In this document: positions 19,801 to 27,300 of the stretch, one piece after another
How positions within the stretch are numbered: the stretch's first letter is position 1
Layout: each line of letters opens with the position of its first letter
Origin: Candidatus Uhrbacteria bacterium
GTDB taxonomy: Bacteria > Patescibacteriota > Patescibacteriia > JACPHY01
Direction: 5' to 3'
Assembly: GCA_043813445.1 (NCBI GenBank)
Contig: JBDRLD010000028.1
Location: forward strand, 1 to 39,667
DNA: 39,667 nucleotides
Made by a program: the position numbers and the translations under genes
Notes under the pieces: generated by a model
Seen by the model: the letters and a program-made list of their open reading frames with translations, nothing else
Told to the model about the DNA's origin: nothing
Databases searched by the model: none

Positions 19801-20853
19801 CATTAGGTGAGGATAGACCACGTTGAGATCGTAGGTTCCGTTTGGAATACTCGCGAGCGTGTACGTTCCGTTTGCTGCCGTTGTGGTTCCCGCAACCCCG
19901 TAACCATCAAGATAGACGTACGCGGCTTCGAGGGGGCCTGGTGTATATGTGACTGTCCCAGTGATACTTGACGATCCTGTCGCAACAGCCGATACACTGA
20001 ACGCAGCAGCAGCTGCCTGCACCGCGCCTGTGCCAGCCGCACAGTCCGTATCCGGGTTCGATGTGAAGTACCGTACATTCGTTCCATCGCTAGCGTAGAG
20101 GTAGTACTTCATCGTCCGCGATAGACTGGTGCCTGACGAGAATTTGAATAGGTCTGTACTTCCCTGGCGCACACCATCCACGCTGTCTGTAACCGCATTT
20201 AGTGTCGTGCCGTCAAAGTACATTTTCGTGGTGAGTGATTCTGCCGGAACCTCATCAACAATATTCGCATACACAATAAGCTCGCCTCCCGTTGCGAAGC
20301 TGTACGCGCTCATGTGCATGATCGTCGGACCCGTCGTGTCCTCACCAGCGGAGTCGCTCGTGGGAGTGTAGGCCGCAGAACAAGCGATGGTAGAGCTGGT
20401 CGCTATGGTGACCACGCACGCTTTATACGACACTGCAGCAAATGCTGCATTGGCGCTGTCTGTTATTTGATACTGCGGTAGCGGAAAGGACGAATCTGCA
20501 TGGTTGGAGTAGGTCATTACCGGAATGCACGGGCCACCGCTGCAACCGTTTGTGTTCACGTTTGGTTCCTCTCCTGCGGTTAGTCCGTCGGCGATAGCTT
20601 CGGATGTCAGATACACCAGCGTCGTCAAATATCCAGCTGGTGCTGTTCCCGGTGTCCAGGAAATTGAGAAGTCGCGACCGTCAATTCCGACTCCCGTGCT
20701 ATCGCTGTCAACCAACGTAACGCCACTCACCGCTTGCGCGGAAGGGACGCTAATAAGGAAGGCGAGGTTCAGCGTCCAGAGAATCGTGGCCGCTGCGGTC
20801 GTCCATGTGACGGCTCGTCGCCATGTGGGTTGCTTGTTCATAGGTGATGTCAT
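13816..20853 (-). CDS. Giant secreted surface protein: Big_5/SbsA-like Ig domains, carboxypeptidase-regulatory-like repeats, Fn3-like domain, Thr/Pro linker and C-terminal repeated domain
   Basis: 2345-aa ORF with a signal peptide ending AQA; FNEAMD/FSEQID/FDEPMN Ig motifs; ISGTV..G.Y.L repeats; the C-terminal ADGKRYVYPNE..Y.SW domain is shared with two other genes here. Confidence 0.9.
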   Translation of the reverse strand: MTSPMNKQPTWRRAVTWTTAAATILWTLNLAFLISVPSAQAVSGVTLVDSDSTGVGIDGRDFSISWTPGTAPAGYLTTLVYLTSEAIADGLTAGEEPNVNTNGCSGGPCIPVMTYSNHADSSFPLPQYQITDSANAAFAAVSYKACVVTIATSSTIACSAAYTPTSDSAGEDTTGPTIMHMSAYSFATGGELIVYANIVDEVPAESLTTKMYFDGTTLNAVTDSVDGVRQGSTDLFKFSSGTSLSRTMKYYLYASDGTNVRYFTSNPDTDCAAGTGAVQAAAAAFSVSAVATGSSSITGTVTYTPGPLEAAYVYLDGYGVAGTTTAANGTYTLASIPNGTYDLNVVYPHLMPVSRRVTINGANQTVSALLATSGDMGFASSCGGGGGNDGPMVGPTIPYQGDTRAPLTDDIVVGFSQALNPGTVNDGDATGASDKIYLTTDDGTTKIAGSVTWCATSSGTGCSSLGDITNAVVFNPNASLTAGTQYTLVITSGVVSNTTGLAIQGNRGNGNFELNFGASSANFSNFANDIGGNFGTGGEYMPPYVISSTPAAGANTLPNRKLLVVFNEAMDTSTLTTSNILLTKDSAVQTTLSISSDRTTVTITPSTTLTAGNYSIDILAAVASGRGVPMRNTTTYEGETAFSVDFTVTGSNDATAPSIFPMISNDATGVAVNEILEYGFSEQIDPATVTGTNIKLKRGSSTVTATIKYEPGENSVFIIPNQVLAPGVKYTTQFGTGVTDLAGVPIAATTYTFTTGSVDSTAPAIREARCDDSRCTIFFDEPMNHDAKTAGVTSWATSVMNLEADTNVWTITRLPSTILNIDGKQASYNVSDRSVTIEGVAGLAAGDNYRVAVTTAKNVTDLSGNNIGAGAARQYDGYVEDSATTYGNFGGGGMYPPPQQGMFAMEGGSAFGGAAGGHMDMGSTGGFGNFTADDFSFGGAVQAFPFSSTAGQDVNVFQVRIPGSQLGANAIQNDDQFQLTFPNGMTIASTVPDTYSPFYSDFNERGAGTVTFDTAYGGDGIAVDAAARTVTVQLAVSGGTPTTNDFFTIDLRKITNPNVPKDPSSGGYTIGVKHIRAGAVLTNLTAMPFYIMEGGSNSITVNIFAGSQVSPTDVGGSIYVFGGGPAGPMDRDVTLASGIISQVDGSVASSIVYSSLPDGCYFVGTEPVVTLGGTDYFGKDRPEQICVNSGAPNATQNIVLTSSAAEGASVPVNIAISGTYTGDLDVFAGGPGRFVRKTISSPTSTATLQLPASGMWHVGIGPAMSKTGGKADMDTFGAVPPPPIQLDVNVSGASVSAGGFISPQNVTFNNSTDTVTFTLQTNNITIPVSVTDGTNALAAIDVFAHAQGFGMPSNCRTNALGTCTLRVAAYGSYEIGAFKPGVGETSKQADVQSGGITVAGATVATVPMKLSKPSYSISGKVLDATTNGNAVAYTSIWGRESTTGQVVRGMTESDGSYTLWVDAGTWVITASLPPDKTTTCGTFTKTVTITTASSASQNITPTSSTCYTLSGTVTIGGSTQSSTPVFVEEWDTVNDQPAGGFFRQAMTNSSGLYTVSMGNGTYRVNTFHPDYGEITTTATVNGANNTTAHLNSGTLGTITIAFTGGSASMKGFYDLKKSNDRFTGSSKTFSDTVNNLTASVPEGTYNYFVDIPGVGKYNGSVATGSTVTIDLSDKSLITLSGTIYDSGDTALTNAVVSVDSDTLNIHRTVKTGTGGTYSINVGPGTYTVGVARSGYVPGQAAQTAVLAANTADYDFGGANPDQSALTASSKTITGTVYESNGTTPMTNAAVSAENSVGQVVSTTVDPVTGAYTLSVTSGVWTITAAGPRHNATDYSATVDTSDGTADTGKNITLTASSTTKQPKTKSKVMDAGGAASFDDSGNSDIKVTAQSGVLNTTGNNVEVALTKDYTAPKDEFFAALEGITYTVLATDIDSNGNTTTIRELSGNAQTSVVYDPTTLPSGVTESELQLMYVDPDTGKIRPCEGGVSIDTENNTVTGLTDHFTSFVVAYSRASVSSGSAVAGGAVDPVSGLTAEATSSAVTLSWTDPTSAGYTLVEILRNLPPSTAVSGTSIGTILKGVQTFVDNTVSALTQYTYIVRSKDNAGNTRNSDAVAVTTPAAGAAPTAGAPSSTPVDAPADSTTTTTTTTTLPANVVAGDRVKSSTSTAMYLVGADGKRYVYPNEVTYKSWFADFTGTKSISDAELAALPLGGIVTIRPGTWLVKIESDPKVYAVEPGGALRWVETEARAIALYGSTWNKQITDVPVSFWVAYTSGAPLGLNVHPSGTLVKTNGNTYYVENGMKRLVTADVFTAQHFQDRWVRTPASVGYTDGDALTSGTMLRFASN

Positions 20854-20913
20854 GAGTGTGTTGATTGGGATCGCTCGACAAGCAGTCCCGATTGTTTACT
20901 TATGAGAAAAAAC

Positions 20914-20953
20914 ATGAATGATGAATTATGAGATGAGTGATGAATATTATGAA
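20914..20953. repeat. Degenerate heptamer tandem repeat (ATGAAT[G/T])
   Basis: ATGAATG ATGAATT ATGAGAT GAGTG ATGAATATT ATGAA. Confidence 0.5.
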
Positions 20954-20971
20954 AGAGGACGAACGTTGCAA
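20944..20971 (-). promoter_or_regulatory. Possible sigma70 promoter of the 2345-aa gene
   Basis: Minus strand reads TTGCAA-16 nt-TAATAT. Confidence 0.35.
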
Positions 20972-20980
20972 CTCACTTCT

Positions 20981-21124
20981 TGTCATTTCGACCCCCGGGA
21001 GAGATCTCACAACACCGCGTACTGTAGGACACGTCCCCACTTCTTCCAGTTCTGCTCCATGAGTGTACCGTGTGAGATTCTTACCGCCTGGGGCGGACTA
21101 AGAAGCGCGTTGCTCAGAATGACA
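20981..21124. repeat. Hybrid GTCAT palindromic element, inverted copy of 23713-23857
   Basis: TGTCATTTCGAC..GGGAGAGATCTCACAAC..TACTGTAGGACACGTCCCC..GTGTGAGATTCTT..GCTCAGAATGACA. Confidence 0.8.
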
Positions 21125-21133
21125 CAATTTAGG

Positions 21134-21501
21134 TGTCATTGCGAGGCACGTCCTCGGGTGGGCCTCCACCTCTTCTAGAGGGGGAGTACGAGGGGGTGGC
21201 GTGCGAAGCGCGCAGGCGTGGCAATCCGGTACACACGCCTTCGATGTCATGGCGAGGAGCGTAGCGACGTGGCAATCCGGTTCACTCGCGTCAGGCGGCA
21301 CACGTGTCACGGGATTGCCACGGCCGCAGACGGCCTCGCAATGACAGGAAGGGGCGGTACTCTCTCTTTCCGTGTCATTGCGAGCCCGTCCTCGGGTGGG
21401 CCTCCCCCTCTTCTAGCTTCCGAGTCCGCCGCAGTGCGGAAGGGGGAGTACGAGGGGGTGGCGTGCGAAGCGCGCAGGCGTGGCAATCCGGTACACACGC
21501 C
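21134..21501. repeat. Nested GTCATTGCGAG palindrome cluster with a direct repeat (21134-21239 / 21373-21501)
   Basis: Two near-identical composite arms flank a complete unit; the second arm has a 24-nt insert at 21417-21440. Confidence 0.85.
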
Positions 21502-21543
21502 ATGGGACTTCCGCGCTCAAGTGTCACCACTGTCCACTCTCAC

Positions 21544-21852
21544 TCACTCCCGCTCAAGCATTCCCGGATTCGGGGAGTAGAGTTTGTTGCGTATTCTCCA
21601 GCGATCGACATACTGGCCGATACCCTTTTTTTGAAGTTTATTTTTTGTGGTTGTCTGTCGTTGCGACCATTCGAGAAGTGACTCAAACGCAATGCGGTAG
21701 CGGCCGCGAACGACGACGTATCGTATCGTGCCTTCTTTGATCGCGCGGCGGATGGTTTGTGGAGAGATTCCGAATAGTTTTGCTGCCTCAGATACGGAGA
21801 CACGGATCATGTCATTGCTCTGCGTATTTCCAGATGCCTTTTTCGCTGTCAT
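21544..21852 (-). CDS. Excisionase-like (HTH_17/MerR-like) DNA-binding protein
   Basis: VSVSEAAKLFGISPQTIRRAIKEG..RY.V.RGRYRI; alternative start at 21810. Confidence 0.85.
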   Translation of the reverse strand: MTAKKASGNTQSNDMIRVSVSEAAKLFGISPQTIRRAIKEGTIRYVVVRGRYRIAFESLLEWSQRQTTTKNKLQKKGIGQYVDRWRIRNKLYSPNPGMLERE

Positions 21853-22169
21853 AGGGATTGCCCTGTCCTCGATAGCGGTTCGACTTGATCACAAAAATCG
21901 CTCCATACTCGCCTCCGAAAGTAGGGAGGCGAGGCGACCGCTTGTGCGCTATGCTGTGCTAGCAATATCTATACTCATTGTACTCCAGTCGTTTGAGTAC
22001 GTATCTGTGGACAAATATCCTGCAACTAAGCGAAAATATTGGTGTTTAATAAGAGGGAGAATCGTTCTCATAGAAGTTTTCACCAGTCTGTTTTTAGAAG
22101 GATAGCGTTATCAAATCGAGAGATTGAGCCGTTTTCTTTTTCAGTTACACCAAAAAGGGGTGTTGGTTC

Positions 22170-22205
22170 AGTTATTTTGATAACACCAGTGTTACCAAAA
22201 TAACT
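22170..22205. promoter_or_regulatory. 36-bp AT-rich near-perfect palindrome, candidate operator
   Basis: AGTTATTTTGATAACAC-CA-GTGTTACCAAAATAACT (one mismatch) lies between the divergent HTH and ECF genes. Confidence 0.5.
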
Positions 22206-22314
22206 TTCTTTCACTCTCTGACACTTGAACTTTTCCTCATAATCTGTTACAGTGACTGATACTGAATCAGGCATTACTGCCTGTGACGAGATTGATTTTT
22301 TGGGACTGAACTAC

Positions 22315-22884
22315 ATGCAGGGACGCGAACGATATCCACAACTAGAGGAATTCGACTTTGAGCGATTCTTCTCAGAACAGCACCGCGACATTTCACGATT
22401 TGTGGCGATGCGAATATCTGATGCGCAGGATGCGCAGGATATTGTTGCGGAGGCGATGTGCCAGATGCTTGAGTACTGCAAGCGGCAGGAGAACAGCGTT
22501 CGGCAGCATCGAGCCCTCCTCTACACGATCACCAGACGGAGAATAGTCGATTACTACGAGGGTCGATCCGAACGCGTACGAGAGGTATCAATCGAAACTG
22601 CATCAGAGATACCGACACCCGGATCGCTCGCACAGAATGTAGAGGCCGCTGAAGATTTGCGCCGAGTACGAGAGGCAATCGCCGCACTGCGTGAGGATCA
22701 AAGAGAGCTGATTGTCCTCCATGCGGAAGTGGGACTATCGATCGAGGAAATGGCAGAACTCATGTCCTGCTCGCGAGGGGTCATTCGAACACGGTTGCAC
22801 CGCGCGCGTACAGAGCTAAAACGGGAACTTCGTCGGAATGAGGAGCGCGCTGAAAAAGAGCAAGAGACAAGAATGAGACTGTAG
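22315..22884 (+). CDS. ECF-family RNA polymerase sigma factor
   Basis: Region 2 DAQDIVAE..LYTITRRRIVDYY; region 4 L..DQRELIVL....GLSIEEMAELM..S.G.IRTRLHRAR. Alternative GTG start at 22252. Confidence 0.92.
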   Translation: MQGRERYPQLEEFDFERFFSEQHRDISRFVAMRISDAQDAQDIVAEAMCQMLEYCKRQENSVRQHRALLYTITRRRIVDYYEGRSERVREVSIETASEIPTPGSLAQNVEAAEDLRRVREAIAALREDQRELIVLHAEVGLSIEEMAELMSCSRGVIRTRLHRARTELKRELRRNEERAEKEQETRMRL

Positions 22885-22984
22885 AAGAGTGTGTCATTTC
22901 GACCGAAGGGAGAAATCTCACCCGCTCCAATACAGTGAAACGCGTGTGGGATTTCTCCTCGAGGACTCGTCGAAATGACAGGAT
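22875..22984. mobile_element. Decayed inverted copy of the 12108-12246 MITE
   Basis: Near-identical reverse complement of 12140-12246 including the loop; keeps GAGACTGTAG of one TIR and lacks the other. Confidence 0.75.
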
Positions 22985-23042
22985 AAGGACGAGGGAGAGG
23001 TATAGGAATTGAAGTTCGGAGCACCTGAATATTCGTACCTAT

Positions 23043-23681
23043 ATGGCAGTCAGGAAGTGGAACAATCGAGACATTGATCGCGTCTTCAGTTCGATGCGTG
23101 AACACGCGCAGAATGAGCCGGTGATTTCCAAGGAGTGGGAGCAGGCACTGGAGGCGCGAGTCCGTCGGGAAGTTATTTCCCGCTACGGCAGTTTTGCTAT
23201 GCCACTTCGCACGCGGATGGATGTCCACACGACGCCAGTTGCGGAACGCGGTATTCTTATTAACTTGAGGTCTGCGATGTCGACCTTCCAGTTTTCTCTC
23301 CGTCCGGCAATGGCACTCGCTTCGGTTGCCGTTGTTGTCGTTCTCGGGTCTGTCGCGCTTTTGGGCCGCTTGTCAAAGCAGGATGGAACGATAGTGCAGG
23401 GTGGTGAGCAACAGACATCAAGCGCAGTCGCGTCAGCGCCGCCCGCTCCGGTGACACCGGGCAGCGGATTTGCGGTAAGCGTGTTCGGTGGGTCGGTCGC
23501 GGTTATCCCCGTGATCGATACGAGCGGTACGACGCCTGCACCGAATGTATATCGTGCGTCACGTCAAACAACCATCAGTAATCCGGCAGGAGGAGTGTTT
23601 AATCGATGGGGGTACAGCGTGTTCTCCGAGGAACAGCTCATGCAATACCCGCGTGATGGGAAGAACGTGTTTAGTTCGTAG
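23043..23681 (+). CDS. Single-TM membrane protein, candidate anti-sigma factor
   Basis: Lies just downstream of the ECF sigma; charged helical N-terminus, TM ALASVAVVVVLGSVALLG, Pro/Ser-rich C-terminus. Confidence 0.65.
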   Translation: MAVRKWNNRDIDRVFSSMREHAQNEPVISKEWEQALEARVRREVISRYGSFAMPLRTRMDVHTTPVAERGILINLRSAMSTFQFSLRPAMALASVAVVVVLGSVALLGRLSKQDGTIVQGGEQQTSSAVASAPPAPVTPGSGFAVSVFGGSVAVIPVIDTSGTTPAPNVYRASRQTTISNPAGGVFNRWGYSVFSEEQLMQYPRDGKNVFSS

Positions 23682-23712
23682 TGCGTGGTTATTGCGTCGT
23701 GTCATTGCGCGG

Positions 23713-23922
23713 TGTCATTCTGAGCCCCGACGCTTTGGTCGGGATAGACTCCGCGAAGAATCTCACACGACACACCCACGGAGCAAGGTTCAAAGAAGCG
23801 GGGACGTGTCCTACAGTAAACGACGTTGTGAGATTTCTCCCGCTGGTCGAAATGACAAGAAGAAGGAGGAAGTAGGTAGGCCTGTCATTGCGAGTGAGGC
23901 GTAGCCGAGCGCGGCAATCCCG
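23713..23922. repeat. Hybrid GTCAT element (23713-23857) plus a GTCATTGCGAG half-element (23883-23922)
   Basis: The first part is the reverse-complement homolog of 20981-21124; the half arm reads TGTCATTGCGAGTGAGGCGTAGCCGAGCGCGGCAATCCC. Confidence 0.8.
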
Positions 23923-23952
23923 TCCACAATTGGAAACGACAGCAAACGCTCC

Positions 23953-24370
23953 TTAAACACATATATACGCTGGCGGATGGTGGTTGATCGGAAGGATGCC
24001 CGTGAAGGGCTCCCACGATCCATCGCCATCCCCTCGCGTATCGAGGGCCCGCATGGATACGTTGATGTGCGTGGGATGGGTTCGCGCGGTGGTTGTTCCC
24101 GGAGACGAAACGGTAACAGCGCGTCGCCCGACCTCATCCCACGGGATGTAGCCGTGTGGGTTTAAAAAATCGGATGCTCATAACAAAGGTCGATCCCGTG
24201 CCTTTGGCATCATAAGGATGATGTGAATGAGTCGCAAATGATGCGTACATGCGAAAGCGTTCCACAGGAACGTACCGCACAACGCAAAAGCGCGATTCTT
24301 CGCACCTCCAGTGATGACGAAGCGGGGAGTGGGCATCTATGACTTGGTTCTTAGAGACCAGATCACTTCT
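23953..24370 (+). ncRNA. Large structured 5' leader / candidate cis-regulatory RNA upstream of the S-layer-like gene
   Basis: Many nested helices found by eye: TTAAAC/GTTTAA, GGATGGTG/CGCCATCC, GTGGGATG/CATCCCAC, GATGCTCA/TGGGCATC, CAAAGG/CCTTTG and a GAAA-capped stem. No family recognised. Confidence 0.5.
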
Positions 24371-27300
24371 ATGGGTAGTGCAATAGCACTCGGGAAGCGA
24401 ACGTTCACCTGGTCGGTCGTTGTAGCAACCATCGCATGGTCCATGGGGCTTTCGCTGCTCGTTGCGCCGCTCGCGGCGTCGGCAGCAGACCTCACGGCCG
24501 GGACGCTCATCAAGGGCTCCCTTCCTGCGGTGTATTACTACGCGGCTGACGGGAAGCGCTATGTTTTCCCGAACGAGAAGACGTACAAGACATGGTACGC
24601 AGACTTCTCGACAGTTACGACAGTAACCGATGCGGAACTGGCAGCAGTTACGATCGGTGGAAACGCAACGTATAAGCCGGGTGTCCAGATGGTGAAGATC
24701 ACCACAGACCCCAAGGTATACGCAGTCGATGCTGGCGGAGCACTCCGTCACGTCGCAACCGAGGCAGTCGCCTCGGCTCTCTACGGTGCTGGTTGGGCCG
24801 CTTCGGTCCATGACGTGCCGGATGCATTCTTCGTGAACTACACAATCGGTAGTGCGGTGAATGCAGCAGCGGACTTCGACAAGGCAGCGGCTTCTGCCGC
24901 GGCGACGTCGATTGGTGTAGACAAGGGTATTGCTGGCGCGGTGGTAGCACCGCCGGCAGCAACAACGGTACTCACCGCTTCTGATGGTGGGTCGCCGGGT
25001 GCGGCAAGTGTTCCGTATCTCGCTTCTGACGCTGTCTTCGCAAAGGTGAAGCTCGTCGGCACGGGCACAATCAGCGCGTTCACAGTGACGCGCTCCGGCC
25101 TTGGTGCGGATGCGAACTTCAGCGGCGTGAAGCTCTACGATGGGACGACACAGCTCGGCACGACACAGACGCTGAACTCGTCGCACCAGGCGCGCTTCAA
25201 CAATCTTAATCTCGCGGTTAGTGGGGAGAAAGTACTTACGATTGCCGGTGACATCGCAGCGACAGGTACGGCCACTTCAGGTCACCTTGTCCAGCTCGGT
25301 GTTGTCGCAGCATCGGACATTGAGCTCGCAAGTGGCTCGGTGAGCGGTACATTCCCGATTCGCGGTGGTGAGATGACGATTGCAAACATTTCGATCGGTA
25401 GCGCAACACTGTATCGCGGTCCGAGCATGCCAACGTCGGATCAGAACATCAAGCCGGACGAGGTTGACTTCCTCTTCACAGAGGTAAAGATCTCGGCTGG
25501 TGGAGTGGAAGCGCTTACGGTAAAGCAGATCACCGCAGTTCAGGCCGGTACGGCAACTGTGTCCGATCTTAAGGACATCAAGCTCGTGAACTCGGCAACC
25601 GGTGAGACACTGAAGTCGGTTGCGTCGTTGAACGCGAACAGCCGCGTTATCTTTGACGGACTGAACATCAACGTCCCGAAGGGTGACTACGTGACGCTTG
25701 GTATCAAGGCGACAATGACTGGTGGTTCCAGCTCCAGCCGAACTATCGGCTTCGAGCTTCACGATGGCGTGTCCTACCTGATCAATGTCGTTGGTAACAC
25801 GTACGGCTTCGGCATCACGCCAGCCGCAAACGCGTCGAATGACTTCTGTGCGACAACTGGCGTCAGTGGGAACACTGCGTGTCAGACACAGACCGTCTCG
25901 ACAGGCACACTAGCGATCGCTCGCTCTGCATCTTCGCCGGCAACCGGCAAGATCGCACAGGGTGGCTCACAGGTCCCACTCCTTTCCGTGGACTACACGG
26001 TTAGCGGTGAGGATGTGAACATCAGTTCGCAGAACTGGGACTTCACGTTCAGCGGGATACTGTACTCAGAGCTCACGTCTGTGACGCTCTATGATGCAGC
26101 GGGGAAGGTTGTGGCTGGTCCGAGCGACCCAACATCGGGCAACACAATCACCTACACGGATGCAATGACCGTTCCGGTCGGAACGCACACATACACGCTC
26201 AAGGGTAATATTGCTTCCGCGACGAGCGCTAGCGATACAATCATCCCTGTGCTTGATGTGAGTGAATTCACCGTGAAGGGCTCGCAGTCCGGTAAGGCGA
26301 CGACCGTCAATACGACGACTGACATCACAGGCAACACGCTTACGGTGCAGGCCGGTTCGTTGAGCTCGGTGACGGGTGCAACGCCGATTGTCGGCAACGT
26401 CGTGGCGGGTGTGCAGGACTTCACGTTCGCGAACATCACGCTTGACGCAAGCGCAGGTGGCGAGGATGTGAAGGTAACCTCACTCGTCGTGGCAGACGCG
26501 ACCGGTTCTGCGGCGCTTCCTGGCGACCTCATCAACTGGGAGCTCTGGGGCGATCCGGATTCGTCAGACAGCAATGATGCAATCGTGCAGATTGTAACAA
26601 CGAATTCGACCGCTTCCGCGACATACTCGGCAAACACGGTCGGTATCGACAGCACGGTGACTTTCACCATGAAGAGTCCGATCCACGTGTCGAAGAACAA
26701 GAGCGTAAAGCTGCAGGTTCGTGCGGACGTGATTTCGTCCGCTGCGACAACTTCAACTGCGCTTTTGGCAACATACGCGCACGTCATTGATCTCAGCACG
26801 GTTACGGCATCTGGTTGGTCCACGGGTTCGACCGTCTCCTCGACGCCAGCAGGCGCAGGGCAGGCGCAGACCGTGCTCGCAACCGGTGCGCTCAAGGTGG
26901 AGCGCGCTGCGGATAGCGCAGTAGCCGGTCCGATTGTTGCAGGTTCAAAGGGTGTCGCGTTGGTGAAGTACAAGCTTACGGCTTCGTACGAGAACATCGA
27001 CGTCACCACGATTCCGTTCTACCTCGCAACTGAGGCAGCGGAGGCGGGGAACCTTCAGAACGTTGCAGCCTTCAAGCTCTACCTCAATGGCACGCTTATC
27101 GGCAATGCCGCAGGGTACGGGTTCACGAATGCTGCGGTGAAGAGCGTCGAGCTTGACACTGGCGTCCTGCGCTTGGTGAAGGACACTCCGACATACCTTG
27201 AGATCAAGGCGGACTTCAACGATAAGACCGAGGTAGACTCGGGTACCGCAGCCCGCATTGGTATCGGTGACTCGGATGGCGATGCTTCCACATGGAGCGC

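Noticed and set aside
21544-21852. Excisionase-like gene as a sign of a prophage or ICE
   Set aside because: There is no integrase, att-bearing tRNA, or phage/conjugation gene in the window.
22006-22260. DnaA-box-like TGTGGACAA in an AT-rich spacer (possible oriC)
   Set aside because: I saw only one imperfect box, with no box cluster and no dnaA/dnaN context.
23953-24370. Leader as RNase P RNA, tmRNA, SRP RNA or a self-splicing intron
   Set aside because: I did not see the hallmark motifs (GAGGAAAGUCC, tRNA-like ends with CCA, the SRP loop, group II domain V).
24134-27009. Long antisense ORFs (350 aa at 24134-25186 and 285 aa at 26152-27009)
   Set aside because: They are shadows of the codon-biased S-layer-like gene and have no recognisable motifs.
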